Below are positions 1 through 10,552 of a stretch of 64,000 nt of DNA, piece by piece. Within the stretch, counting starts at the first letter, position 1; every line of letters begins with the position of its first letter. The translations under genes and the position numbers were made by a program. Source of the stretch: Anthoceros angustus (taxonomy: Eukaryota; Plantae; Anthocerotophyta); assembly GCA_010909165.1 (NCBI GenBank), contig MU008156.1, positions 868,001 to 932,000 of the forward strand. Reading direction: 5' to 3'. The notes under the pieces were generated by a model that saw only the letters and a list, made by a program, of their open reading frames with translations, was not told where the DNA came from and ran no database searches.

Positions 1-494
1 CATTGAGCATATGTTAGGAACCCATAATGATTCATCAACACATTAAACATTTAAGTTCGGACAAAAATCCTTACATACTGAGAAAAAATTCTAAATGATT
101 TAAGTTACTTAAAATCTCTAAAAGTTTCTGCATATATGATGTATCTCATATGTGTTGTTGTATTAGATGTTACTATAACATATTAGAGTAAAAACTATAA
201 AACATAATTAGAAATGTGTTAAATAGTTTAAATACCACATATATATAGAGATAGGTCATAATCCTTGAGACAATACTAAGTTCAAAGACTATATATGTAG
301 GACATGGTTCAACATACTTGTCAAGACCTTATCAATACTTTGAGTAATACACTTATGCCTTACATACACTATTGCATAGTTACCTTGAGTGTGGTGTACA
401 TGTACGTGTCTAGAGGCATTGAGCGTAAAAAATAGCTGTTATACTTCAATCCATAGCAAAGACAATTAGTCAAAGGTTCCTTTAGTCAGGAATT

Positions 495-1433
495 ATGTGT
501 TATGTACAGGTGGAATGCGCAAGACAAGATGATGATAAATCTGCCACTGAGGAGAAGGAAATTAAAAGTTGTGGGTGTAGTAATTGTAAGGGTCTTATGT
601 CAATTGATAAACAATTTTTTAACAGAAAACTTTCAAATGATGCTACTCCTTGGGAGATGAAAATTCCAAGTGAGGATGTTTGGGATTGGAGAAAAATGAA
701 TGTTTTACCTCCTATTGATGACCAGTTTGAGTGCCAAATATGCTCCCTCTTTGTAGTCGTAACTGCTGTGTGCGCTGCGATTGCTATTAAATATGATACT
801 CCGCCATCGCAACTTTCAGTGCAAGACTTTATCGACAATCGGCAGCCTCAAACCTTCTATTTATTAGGCAATATAATAGCACACCCCATGAAGTTGCGAA
901 CAATTTTCAAGAGTTTGAGGCGATTAAATGGGCGGATGGAAGAAGTGAGTATGCCATGCATTTATGGTGCATTAAATCCTACACATGTATTTAAGTATGT
1001 GAAGGAAAATGGAGTAATTTTGGCAAAAGATTGTCCATGGCATCAGGGTTGGGGTGATCAGTGTCGGCGAAATCCTCCTTGCGACCGCAAATATGTCTTA
1101 CCCCATAAAATTGATTTCAAGATCTTTCGACACTTAAACATACAACTAATGAAGAAACTTGTAAGGAGCACACCGGTTGTGGTAGGTTTGAACATTGGAT
1201 ACGATACTACAGAGTTCGAATATCATCTTGACCACAAAGCTAGAAAACCTTATTCTGGCAAGTGGCAAAAGACACTATGGGGACATGCTGCATTAATAGT
1301 AGGATTTGAAAGCAATGTATGGATCGTACGTAACACGTGGGGCGAAATATGGGGTGATGATGGATATTTCAGGATTAGCTTCAATGACAACGCCTCTGGA
1401 ATATATAAAAAGGCATGGGTACCTCTCCTTTAG
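495..1433 (+). CDS. Papain-like (C1A) cysteine protease, intronless catalytic domain, no recognisable signal peptide or I29 prodomain
   Basis: WDWRK...DQFECQICSLF (oxyanion Q and catalytic C), QLSVQDFID, GHAALIVGF (catalytic H), WIVRNTWGEIWGDDGYFRI (catalytic N). The true start is uncertain because tgtacag|GTG at ~510 could be a splice acceptor. Confidence 0.85.
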   Translation: MCYVQVECARQDDDKSATEEKEIKSCGCSNCKGLMSIDKQFFNRKLSNDATPWEMKIPSEDVWDWRKMNVLPPIDDQFECQICSLFVVVTAVCAAIAIKYDTPPSQLSVQDFIDNRQPQTFYLLGNIIAHPMKLRTIFKSLRRLNGRMEEVSMPCIYGALNPTHVFKYVKENGVILAKDCPWHQGWGDQCRRNPPCDRKYVLPHKIDFKIFRHLNIQLMKKLVRSTPVVVGLNIGYDTTEFEYHLDHKARKPYSGKWQKTLWGHAALIVGFESNVWIVRNTWGEIWGDDGYFRISFNDNASGIYKKAWVPLL

Positions 1434-1728
1434 TTTAATCTATGTATGTGTAGATATAATAAATTAATTAATATACATATAATTTTAAAACCTTCAAGGC
1501 CTATTCACAAGATGAACTTGCTGTTATAATATAGGATCGTACGTTACGTAATCGCGCCTCAACCTAAGCTGTAATTAAATGAAAAAAGAATTAAGTGGGA
1601 TTTAAGGTTTTTATAATCTAGTGGCCGTGATAAACCAAAAAAAGGAGCTCTTATACAGGGCCCTCGTAATTTGCGAAAAAGAAAACGAGCCCAGTTATAT
1701 GATAGTATGGGGGTAAAATTTACAATAA

Positions 1729-1868
1729 CCTAAAACTCTTAACCAACCTGCGACTAACATCCTTGTTCAATACCTAAAACCTGTTATCGAACCTGCTGTA
1801 ACATCTTTGTTCAGCAACTAAAACCTGTTAACCAACCTGCTGCTAACATCCTTGTTCACCAATACCTA
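1729..1868. repeat. Degenerate ~44-bp tandem repeat, about 3 copies
   Basis: ctaaaacctgttaaccaacctgctgctaacatccttgttca recurs three times. Confidence 0.75.
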
Positions 1869-2014
1869 CTGCTAACTGCTGCTTGAGAAAAATTAAACGA
1901 ACTGCTATTTGAGAATTCCTAGGGCCTTATTGTCATGCCATCACTGACTGTTCCAGGGACAGACTTTGGAAGAAGAAGAAGAAGAAGAATTTTATTTAAG
2001 TCCACTAAGGACAG

Positions 2015-2260
2015 TGTTACAAAACAATTAATCTGTCCGTAACCCTACCGTCCGCTAGTTACCGTAGACCGTAATTAATAGTATTTAGTAATTATGAACG
2101 GGCGTGCCTCTTCGGAAGAGACACCCACAGACACTATTTAAGACACACTTTGTATACACCTTATAGCTAATTCAACACGAAATATCTTTGTGAGCATAGC
2201 ATCTCGATAATGCTAGATTAGATACAAGAGATGCACAATCCTACTGCTAGGATTTTAACA
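2015..2260 (+). repeat. 5' LTR
   Basis: TGTTA...TAACA, direct repeat of 4892-5137. Confidence 0.95.
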
Positions 2261-2273
2261 TGGTATCAGAGCC
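2261..2273 (+). promoter_or_regulatory. Primer-binding site (tRNA-iMet)
   Basis: TGGTATCAGAGCC immediately after the LTR. Confidence 0.95.
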
Positions 2274-2815
2274 TACATCATGCTTATGATCCTCCGGGAG
2301 TCTAAGGGAGATGCCGCGGCGGCAGTCCCATTGTAGAAGTTCTCAACATGGAGAGCTGTCGTGGCATGCAAACCAAGGCACATGGCTGCCTCGACGGAGA
2401 ATGACCCACGAGCCTACAATAGCCTTGTGCACCGCCTGCCGTGAGGCTCCATCGTTGCAATCAGGCCCACCACCTCAGGCGCGCGGCGACAGATTTCTTC
2501 ACAATTTCTACTACCGCCGCACTGATCCGACCTCGCAGCAAGCTTGGACCTACGGCCCCCACCAATTACACCTGCGAGATAACATGATACTGTGAATTCC
2601 ATCGACAGGTTAGAATTCAACAAAATTACACGAGAATTGAAAGCCTCCCTCCGCCGCATTGAAGCCATTTTGATGCGTGTCTTGTCTATTGCAGGCTAAA
2701 AGAAATCTGGATATGGCCAGTAATTCCAGGCAAGAGGAGCAGCAATTTCCGGCGACCTTACCCTAGCCGTGAGAGCCGGAGGCGCGATCCCGCCCTCACC
2801 CCGACGCCAAGATGT

Positions 2816-2938
2816 GGTGCGCCCGGAGCGCAGCGGTGCGCCCGGAGCGCAGCGGTGCGCCCGGAGCGCAGCGGTGCGCCCGGAGCGCAGCGGTGCGCCC
2901 GGAGCGCAGCGGTGCGCCCGGAGCGCAGCGGTGCGCCC
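2816..2938. repeat. 19-bp GC-rich minisatellite (GGTGCGCCCGGAGCGCAGC), about 6.5 copies, in the retrotransposon leader
   Basis: Perfect tandem copies. Confidence 0.95.
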
Positions 2939-3109
2939 CCGTGGGAGGGCCCCTCCCGCCAGCGCGGAGGCCCGGCGAGGCCCGGCGAGGCCCGGCGTGG
3001 AGCCCCGCCTACGGGCGCGCCCGCACGGAGCCCGCAGGTGGGCGGAGGTCCCGAGGGGCTGGGCTTAATACAACTTTAGTTGCCAAAAATACAATTTTAG
3101 TAGCCAGAA

Positions 3110-3196
3110 ACTAATTCTACGGAACCTGCTGGACTCGAACCCGCTACCTCCATGAACGATGGAGGTGGACTAACCACCACTGTAACCGGATTAGTT
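3110..3196 (-). other. tRNA-derived / Pol III B-box element inside the retrotransposon leader (not a functional tRNA)
   Basis: Minus strand GGTTACAGTGGTGGTTAG...ACCTCCAT-cgttc-ATGGAGGT-AGCGGGTTCGAGTCCAGC, with a perfect B box (GGTTCGAGTCC) in a T-arm-like stem. Confidence 0.55.
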
Positions 3197-3489
3197 TACC
3201 ATGTCTCGTTTTCATTAATTTTTAATCAGTTTCTAGCAGAATATATATACATAAAAGAGGAGAGAAGCGAGCAAGGACGCAAGCTCCAGCGGAGCAAAAA
3301 AAAAAAAAAGGTGGGGAATTCTCACAGGAGAAATTAAAAACAAGTCAGAGATGGATAGCTATATTCTTCGAGATCTCGCAACACCAACAACCCGCGACGA
3401 GGATTCAACTTGAAGTCTTATGACCACAACTTACAGAGACGTGGTGAATCAACTTATACAATACTTCAACTCGCTGCCGGCCACCGCCC

Positions 3490-4860
3490 ATGGCTAGCAC
3501 CTCCTCCCTCGTGGAGAAAAGTCTTCACCACCGATTAAAGAGAAAGATTGATTCAATGGCCAACAGTACCCCGTGTGGCGAGTTCGCATGAAGTCCATAC
3601 TGATAGGTCGAGGTATTTGGAAGATTGTCGATGGAACCCGTTCGAAGCCTACCTCTTCAACCACACCTCCCCCATCAGTTGCTGATATTGAAAGATGGGA
3701 CTACTTGAATGGGATTGCAATTGCCCTCCTCATCAGCGGACTCGACTCAAGCCTGGTGCCCAACATGGAATTCCTCACAGAGGCTTCTGCAATCTGGGAC
3801 CAGTTGTCTAACACCTACAATGTTAACAATGTTCTGACCTTGTCCAGTGTACGGCAGGAATTCAACTCCTTAAAGATGAAGGAGACCGATGCGATTTCTA
3901 CACACACCTCGAAGTTCAGACAGCTGCGAGGGCAGCTCGCCTCCCTTGGCTCAACCATGTCGGAGACCGATGCCGCTGCACAGCTGTTAATGAGCTTACC
4001 ACCGTCTTACCACAACTTCGTGACCAGCCTGATGTTGGTATCGACTCATGGTAAGTCAAGTACACCCTCCACCCTTACAGTGGAAGATATTATCGGTGCT
4101 CTAGATCAGCAGGAGCAGAGCCGCCTTAGCTCTGCAGGAGGGTCCAAGCCCGATGCAGACAGGGCGCTTTCCACCCATTTCGAGCCCGGGAGGAATTCGA
4201 AGGGCAAGGCAAACTTCACCCCTAAAGGTGACTCAACCTCCGCTCTTCCTCGCTGAGCCGGAAACTGCAATTGGTGCGGAGCTGCCGGCCATTGGGCAGG
4301 AGAGTGCCGCAAGAGAGAGGCTAGAGAGCCGCAGAAGGCCGACTTAAGACAGGCAGCCAGTATTGCAGTTAGAGGGAGCGCCAGTATAGCGGAGGCAAAG
4401 ACCGTAAAGATACTTATGGTTTGCCTCAACACCGAGTTGCATCGATGCGGGTGGTATCTCGACAAGGAGCCACCGCCCACATATGCAACAACGATTTCAT
4501 TCACCAAGCTGGATACTCATCCTCTCAGGGAAAGGGTGTTACTTGGTGACGAACGGAGTAGATCCAGCCTGCCAATTATGGGGCAAGGCATTTGCGAATT
4601 TCCCCTCGAGGACGGTTCGGTGCTTACCTTGGAGCCTGTGCTCCTCGTCCCACAAATGGGCAAGAACCTGGTTTCCATGACTCAGCTGCTGAAGCAAGGC
4701 TATCTTGAGATGCTTGTTTCAAGGGGGTCATGCTACTTTTTCAGGACCACAAGTCCTGACTTGTGCCTATTCAGTGCCGTGCCTCAAGACGGCCTGTATA
4801 AGCTTTCATTACCCTTCAGAGGGAGCGCACCAGAGGAGCGCCCATGGGAGATAGCCTCCA
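3490..4860 (+). pseudogene. Copia gag-protease remnant
   Basis: KD*FNGQQYPVWRVRMKSIL (Copia gag N-terminus), Zn knuckle CNWCGAAGHWAGEC after a stop at 4254, frameshifted WYLD-GATAHIC protease. No integrase, RT or RNase H. Confidence 0.9.
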
Positions 4861-4891
4861 CCATCGCTCGTCACCAAATTTTAAGAGGGAG

Positions 4892-5137
4892 TGTTAGGAA
4901 ACAATTAATCTGTCCGTAACCCTACCGTCCGCTAGTTACTGTAGACTGTAATTAATAGTATTTAGTAATTACGAACGGGCGTGCCTCTTCGGAAGAGACA
5001 CCCATAGACACTATTTAAGACACACTTTGTATACACCTTATAGCTAATTCAACACGAAATATCTTTGTGAGCATAGCATCTCGATAATGCTAGACTAGAT
5101 ATAAGAGATGCACAATCCTACTGCTAGGATTTTAACA
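4892..5137 (+). repeat. 3' LTR
   Basis: Direct repeat of 2015-2260, preceded by the PPT. Confidence 0.95.
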
Positions 5138-6123
5138 GACAGATTTCCGTCATGGGACTTGGTACTTAACAACTTGTACCATGATGTGCCTAAGCTACTT
5201 GCACCAAGGCATCCACTCCCTTTAGGCATCCCATCTAAGTACCGATCCAAGCTCAAGATGCTTAATCACGGCGTAAAATCATACGGAAGAGTGGCCAAAG
5301 AAATCTTTTATATTTTTCTTATGTGAAATTTGTTGTACCCACACGCAATTGATGTACTGGCCTTCCATCAGCTTTACCTCACACAGTGTGCCTCGTCAAT
5401 CACAAACCTAGGCAGCTGCCCGGGGCTGTAGCATGCACCGAATTTTGCATCAAGATGCTGCAGGGGTACCCAAAACGCAAAGAGGCACGAGACCGTTGTT
5501 CATAGAGTATGGAGTCCTTCAAAATCAAGGGAGAGCAAAGCTCAAAGAGATTACCCGCACCTTTTGATCCAGACGTCCCAGGACATCTTGAAAGCAAGTT
5601 GTGCTCCCAACAACTTTGTCAGGGTTTTCACAAACTAGGTTACATGACGCGTGCCGTTGTTTCCTGACCCAGTAGGCAAACAGATCCGGACAGGTGAAGA
5701 AGTTTGCCTCCAAACTTGTCCACTGGGTGACGTTTAATTAGCCTCCGTGCTTGTTGAAACCATCTCCATTTCACCTACAAATCGAAGACAAGACGAAAGC
5801 ACCTCGTCCACAGGTACCATTTCCGGACCACTGGCAAGCTCCATACAAGGTGGACATAAGTTGTTACATGCATTCAGATTAGCTTAAGAGCTATGCAATA
5901 GAAGAAAAGGCACCAGTGTCTTTACTCAAAATGGTGCTAAGGACTCCACAAAGTCTTTGGAACAAATGTCCCAGGTGCTGTTCCCAATCTAACTCTCTGG
6001 CCATTATGACCTCCACGCTAATCTGATCACGGATGCATTCCCAAAGTTCACATCGTATCTGCAGAGACCTAACAAAAATGTACATGAGACAGGTTGCAGG
6101 CTGTTCAGGAATCAGCAGCGGGC

Positions 6124-8270
6124 TCATTGAGGTGGATGATTCTTTTCCAGACCAAGCTCAGTGCGGCTGACGACGCAGGTCTCCACCTGCTTGTAGCTGT
6201 ACCTGGAAGCCAAGAACAGGAAGACGATGACATCCACAGCATCTGTGATGGCCAGGAACCAATAGAAGTTATCCAGTCGGGAGGAGTTGATGTTTGCCCC
6301 GACCCATGCGTGATTCCCGTTCCTCTCTGTGAAGAGGGATGTGAGAGAGATGAAGCCAGTGCTGAGAAAGCTCCCGGCACCTAGAGCTGACAAGTTCATG
6401 GCAGCACCCACAGTGCGCATGTGGTCTGGGGTCTGATCGTAGAAGAAGTCGAATCCAGCCACTATGGCGAACACCTCGGAAACTCCCATGGTCAGGTACT
6501 GAGGAAGAAGTCTGAAGACGCTGAGAGGCAGCCTGGTGCGAGGGTGAGCTTCGAGGCCGTGGTCCCACACATACCGCAGCCTGTGCCTCTCCGTGAGAGC
6601 TGCGCACACCATGGAAAGGCAGCCCAACGCGAATCCGATTGCGAAACGCTGGAGGAGTGTGATCCCTCTGGGGTTGCCAGTGTATTTGCGGGCAAATGGC
6701 ACGAAAACTCTGTCGTAGAGGGGAAGGCCGATCATAACAGTGGCTTGGGAGAAGAGCTGGAAGGAGGCTGGGGGGATATGGAAGTGGGCGCCCAGCTTGT
6801 TGTCCATGGTGCTGCCTTGCTTGGTGAAGAGAGTGTTGAGCTGGGTGTAAGTGGCGAGGTAGACCACATGGGTGACCCAGATCGGGAGTGCCCCGATTAG
6901 CAGCTTCACTTCTTCCACTTGCGTCACAGTGCAGACCTTCCAGGGGTTGCTTCTATCGTCGGCCGTGCCCACAGTGGCCGCCTTGTCAAGGAATCTGGAG
7001 GGCGAACACAGTCAAGATTTTAGTCCACCCAGATGAAGCCGCAAGTACAAGCTTGCAAATGGCCTTCACGGACAGCATTTGGCAAGGGAGAGATGCCAGC
7101 TGGGACTCACGCGAAGGAGTCGGTGTGCAGCATCTGTCTCCTGTTGGGACTCAGATGCTTCCTGCCGGGCAGTTCGTGCAGAAGCTGGGGGTCGTGAGGA
7201 ACCGGGACCCGCCATTTCCTGACTGCAGCAACCAGGACCTGGGCGGCCTGGGTGAAGGGGCTGCCTTCCACCACCTGGTACCTGTACAGGCTGGTTCCAG
7301 TGAAGAAGATTAAGAGGGCAAGAGCAAAGGCGACTGCGGGGATGCCGTAGCCCCAGCCCCATCCCACGAAATCCTGGATGTACACCACCACCGTGACGGA
7401 CAGCACGATGCCCACCGCGATCATCGTGAACCACCAGTTGAAGAAGGAGTTTATGAGCGGGGCCTCCTTCTCGTCCTCCTGGTCGAATTGCGCGGCTCCC
7501 AGGGAAGAAATGGACGGCTTCATCACTCCCGACCCCACAGCCATGACGTAAAGCGAGAGGAAGAAGAAGAGCCTTCTCCTTCCGCCTACGGGCGTGCAGG
7601 GAATGGTGGAGTCGGCCAGGCAGCGGGGCCTCAACCAATCCACCGTCACGCTGCACACGAGCATGATGATCCCCTGAAGTCATGCCATGTCCAGCACGGT
7701 CAGCTCGACCTGCCTTCTGGAGCCCTGATCGATATGGCAATATGGCTGAAACATGCCACAATCACTTACAATCAGGTTGACGAAGCCGAAGACTGCAATG
7801 GTGCTGTAGCGGCCCCAAAATGCATCCGCCAGGAACGCCCCCGGAATGGAACAGAAGAAGACGCATCCCGACCAATTGTTGACGTTCTTGGCAGCCACCG
7901 CCAGACCTTCTCCCAGCACTTCCGTCAAGTAAGTCACGAGATTGGTGGAAACGCCGAAGTAGCTCACCCTCTCTGTCACGTCGTTCCCTGATCATGCGCC
8001 AGATTTTGGTCTCAAACCATCAGCAACATTAGCTCATGGCCCTCAATTTACAAGTCATGAAATGAGAAATGAGATCGCACCCAGGAAGAAGTAGCAAGCT
8101 TTCCATCCTCCCGTGCTAGATTTCCTCGCAGGCCTGCCCTTGTAGTCCACAGAGCCATCCTGAGTAAACTCGGAGTCGCCGAAATTCGCACTCCGATGCA
8201 CGTCATTCCCATTGCGGGCCTCCTCCACTACTGACAGCGGCTTCACAAGAGGAGGCTCAGCGCTCCCCAT
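6124..8270 (-). CDS. NPF: NRT1/PTR family (NPF) nitrate/peptide transporter; 4 exons (8081-8270, 7770-7987, 7111-7673, 6124-6994), about 613 aa
   Basis: EFTQDGSVDYKGRP..TGGWKA, NLVTYL, GAFLADAFWGRY, KPSISSLGAAQFD, FFNWW, GSPFTQAAQV, FLDKAA, CTVTQVEEVK, FFYDQTPDHMR. GT-AG introns give a continuous frame. Confidence 0.95.
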
Positions 8271-8872
8271 TGTTGTTCCCAGGCTCGGCCTGCCCGTCAG
8301 CGCACGCTTCAGCTATAAAACAACAGCACCTCTCAGTGGGCTCCCAGGTTCGACGAAGTCCCGTTCGGCGTCCGGACGGGACAAGGAAAAGCTCACGTTT
8401 ACAAGCCCGATCGATCTTATTCCATCCTTTCGCTGACAACAGACGCGTGACTTGTTGTATCCTTCAGGACATTTGAGCTTACGTCTCTGCCGCCGGTAAG
8501 TCGCGGACGGCTGATTTCACTCGATGACCACCAACCTACCCCAGCATTCGAGTCCTTGTCTGTAGTGCTCCTATCGAATTCCCCAGCCACGTATCTCGTT
8601 TCACGACTTCGTCGGGCCTGGGGAATCCAACTTGAAATCCCAAAGCCTTTCCATTTCGACCTCGCCAAGCTAACCGTTTTGGTTTTCCACATCCCCGCAT
8701 TCCCACATTCCCACACTCCCACATTCCGAATGACGAAAAACTGGTGAGAGACTTCATGCTGAGTCCCGTCCGGACTCGGAACGGGACTTCGAACTTCGGA
8801 TCCTGACGGGCCGGGCCGAGAACGGAACACGTAGGCGGGATAAGATCTACCGGCCTCGACCCGTCACTTCGC

Positions 8873-10030
8873 TCAAGGCTTCAGGTCGATCGATCGGCAC
8901 ATGGCACAAGCACTTCCGCTAGTCCGACACACAGCCCTCTCGTACGCCTCCCCAAATTTGAAGTACTCCAAAAGCATTCCACGGCGATAACGCATCTGCC
9001 AAATGTACAAACGTATGCACCCGCGCGGGGAAAAGCATACGCGAGAAAGAGGGGTGAGCACAACACGGGAGGAGCATGTCAGCTGGCTCCGAGTGGAAGA
9101 ATTGATTGGGTTGTACCGTCTCTTGCCAGTAGGTTTGCATCTTCCGAGCCTCCTCCATGCCCATCTTGAATCTCTCCTTACTTCGGCCGTGGCCCGAGCG
9201 TAGCATGCGTATGATTATGCTGAAATCCTGCTTTTGTTACAGTGGCGTGAAGGCCAAGAGCAGCCCTCTGCATTCATGGCAAGGAGGTGTGGTTGGAAAG
9301 GACGTCAAGAAGTTAAGGTTGCAAGCCGGTGACCTGACTCTCGACTTACCACGTCGGCACTGTTGATTCCCATCCCGAAGACCGCAGTTGCACATATGAC
9401 CTGTACTTCACCACTCTGCCAACTCTGTTGCACCCACTCAACTCCCGTTGGCGGCTGGTGTGCGGCTTTTAACTTGGATGTTTGCTGGAGATGACTGGAC
9501 GCCTCCATGCATTCCTTCTGTGAGAGGCAATGAACGATTCCACATTTCTTATCGAACCGACTCTGGATGAGGTCACCCAGCTGCTTCACAGGGTCCTTCG
9601 CATCTTTCTTCAGGAGCACGTACGTGAGATTTGACCGGTCTAAGCCCACTTCCAGCACAAGGCCTCGCGGAATTCGAAGGATCGTAAGTCTGTCCTGCAA
9701 GCAGAACACAGCCAGGAAACAGTTACCAATGTGATTTGGTTGTTGAAACTTATGGAGGACGAACCCACCCCGCGCCGTACCTTACGAACGTTGCGTGTTG
9801 CCGTGGCTGTTTACTTCCATGACAGGTACTGCTGCTTCAAAATTCCTAGGGCCTTCTAGTCTTGCCTGAAGTCATTCCCCCATTGACTGTTACATGACAG
9901 ACGTGTGTGCAAGGGTGGCCCAAACATATCTTGTTCTTTTTTTCTGTTTGGTACAAAAACCATTACGTGTGACAGAGGCAATTGGGAACTGACCTTCCAT
10001 CAACTTTACCTCACACAATGTGCCTGGTCA
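8873..10030 (-). pseudogene. RECQ1-like helicase, 3' half (b): motif II to the C-terminal Zn-binding domain, degenerate
   Basis: DQAHCV, LGILKQQ, TATAT, DRSNLTY, CGIVHCLSQKEC, VICATAVFGMGI, MLRSGHGRSKERFK, RRGMLLEYF.GE...C...C..C. Contains in-frame stops and has lost motif VI. Confidence 0.85.
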
Positions 10031-10552
10031 TCCGAGTCCCAATTGATAAGGACACTCCCGACCCTCATATACCAATTTGCAACCACAACCCACATGCGCA
10101 CATCTGGTGTAAAAACTGTGACCGATCAACCTTTATCTAGGGTTTATTGGCTATGGCGCGTGCTTATCCAAGACCACGATACTCAACCAGTTACACCACT
10201 CCTCTATCGGTGCATGTAACAGCCCAGCACTCTCCATTTTGCCCTAGGGTCACACTCGCAATGGCATATGAGGAGCACGGCAATCGCGACAGTGGAATCA
10301 AACGTTGCAACGAGATCAGCCTCGCTATGGCAAAGGTAGAAGCGATCATGTGGGAAGGCTAGGTGGTCAGTCATATGATGCTTTGGAAGGCTTTGGTATA
10401 CCTCGCTATGGCAAAGGTAGTTGGAAGGCATTGCTATACCTCGCTATGGCAAAGGTAGAAGCGATCATGTGGGAAGGCTAGGTAGTCGGTCATAGGCTTT
10501 GCTATATTAGTTTGTATGGAGATTTAGCCCCTGCCGTACTTTGAAGACGGAG

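Larger units (their letters stand above)
2015..5137 (+). mobile_element. Non-autonomous Ty1/Copia LTR retrotransposon (gag + protease only; TR-GAG-like)
   Basis: 246-bp TG...CA LTRs at 2015-2260 and 4892-5137 (about 8 mismatches by my count), 5-bp TSD GACAG, PBS TGGTATCAGAGCC at 2261-2273, PPT AAGAGGGAG at 4883-4891. Confidence 0.95.
1974..5284 (-). mobile_element. 5S-rRNA-related SINE-like element, copy 1 (~183 bp once the nested LTR element is removed: 1974-2014 plus 5143-5284)
   Basis: GGAAGA TSD at 1968-1973 and 5285-5290. The minus-strand 3' end is AAATAAAA(TTC)n. Joining the two halves reproduces the uninterrupted copy at 13494-13657. Confidence 0.75.
1902..5690 (-). pseudogene. RECQ1-like helicase fragment (a), spanning the motif II region and interrupted in its intron by a SINE-like element and a Copia element
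   Basis: Minus-strand RKQRHASCNLVCENPDKVVGS...LDQK (~5560-5665), GQLPRFVIDEAHCV (~5380-5420) followed by a GT donor, and a degenerate SQWGHD..ALGIL exon at ~1905-1950. The nucleotide sequence is similar to 9830-10030 and 52660-53220. Confidence 0.75.
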
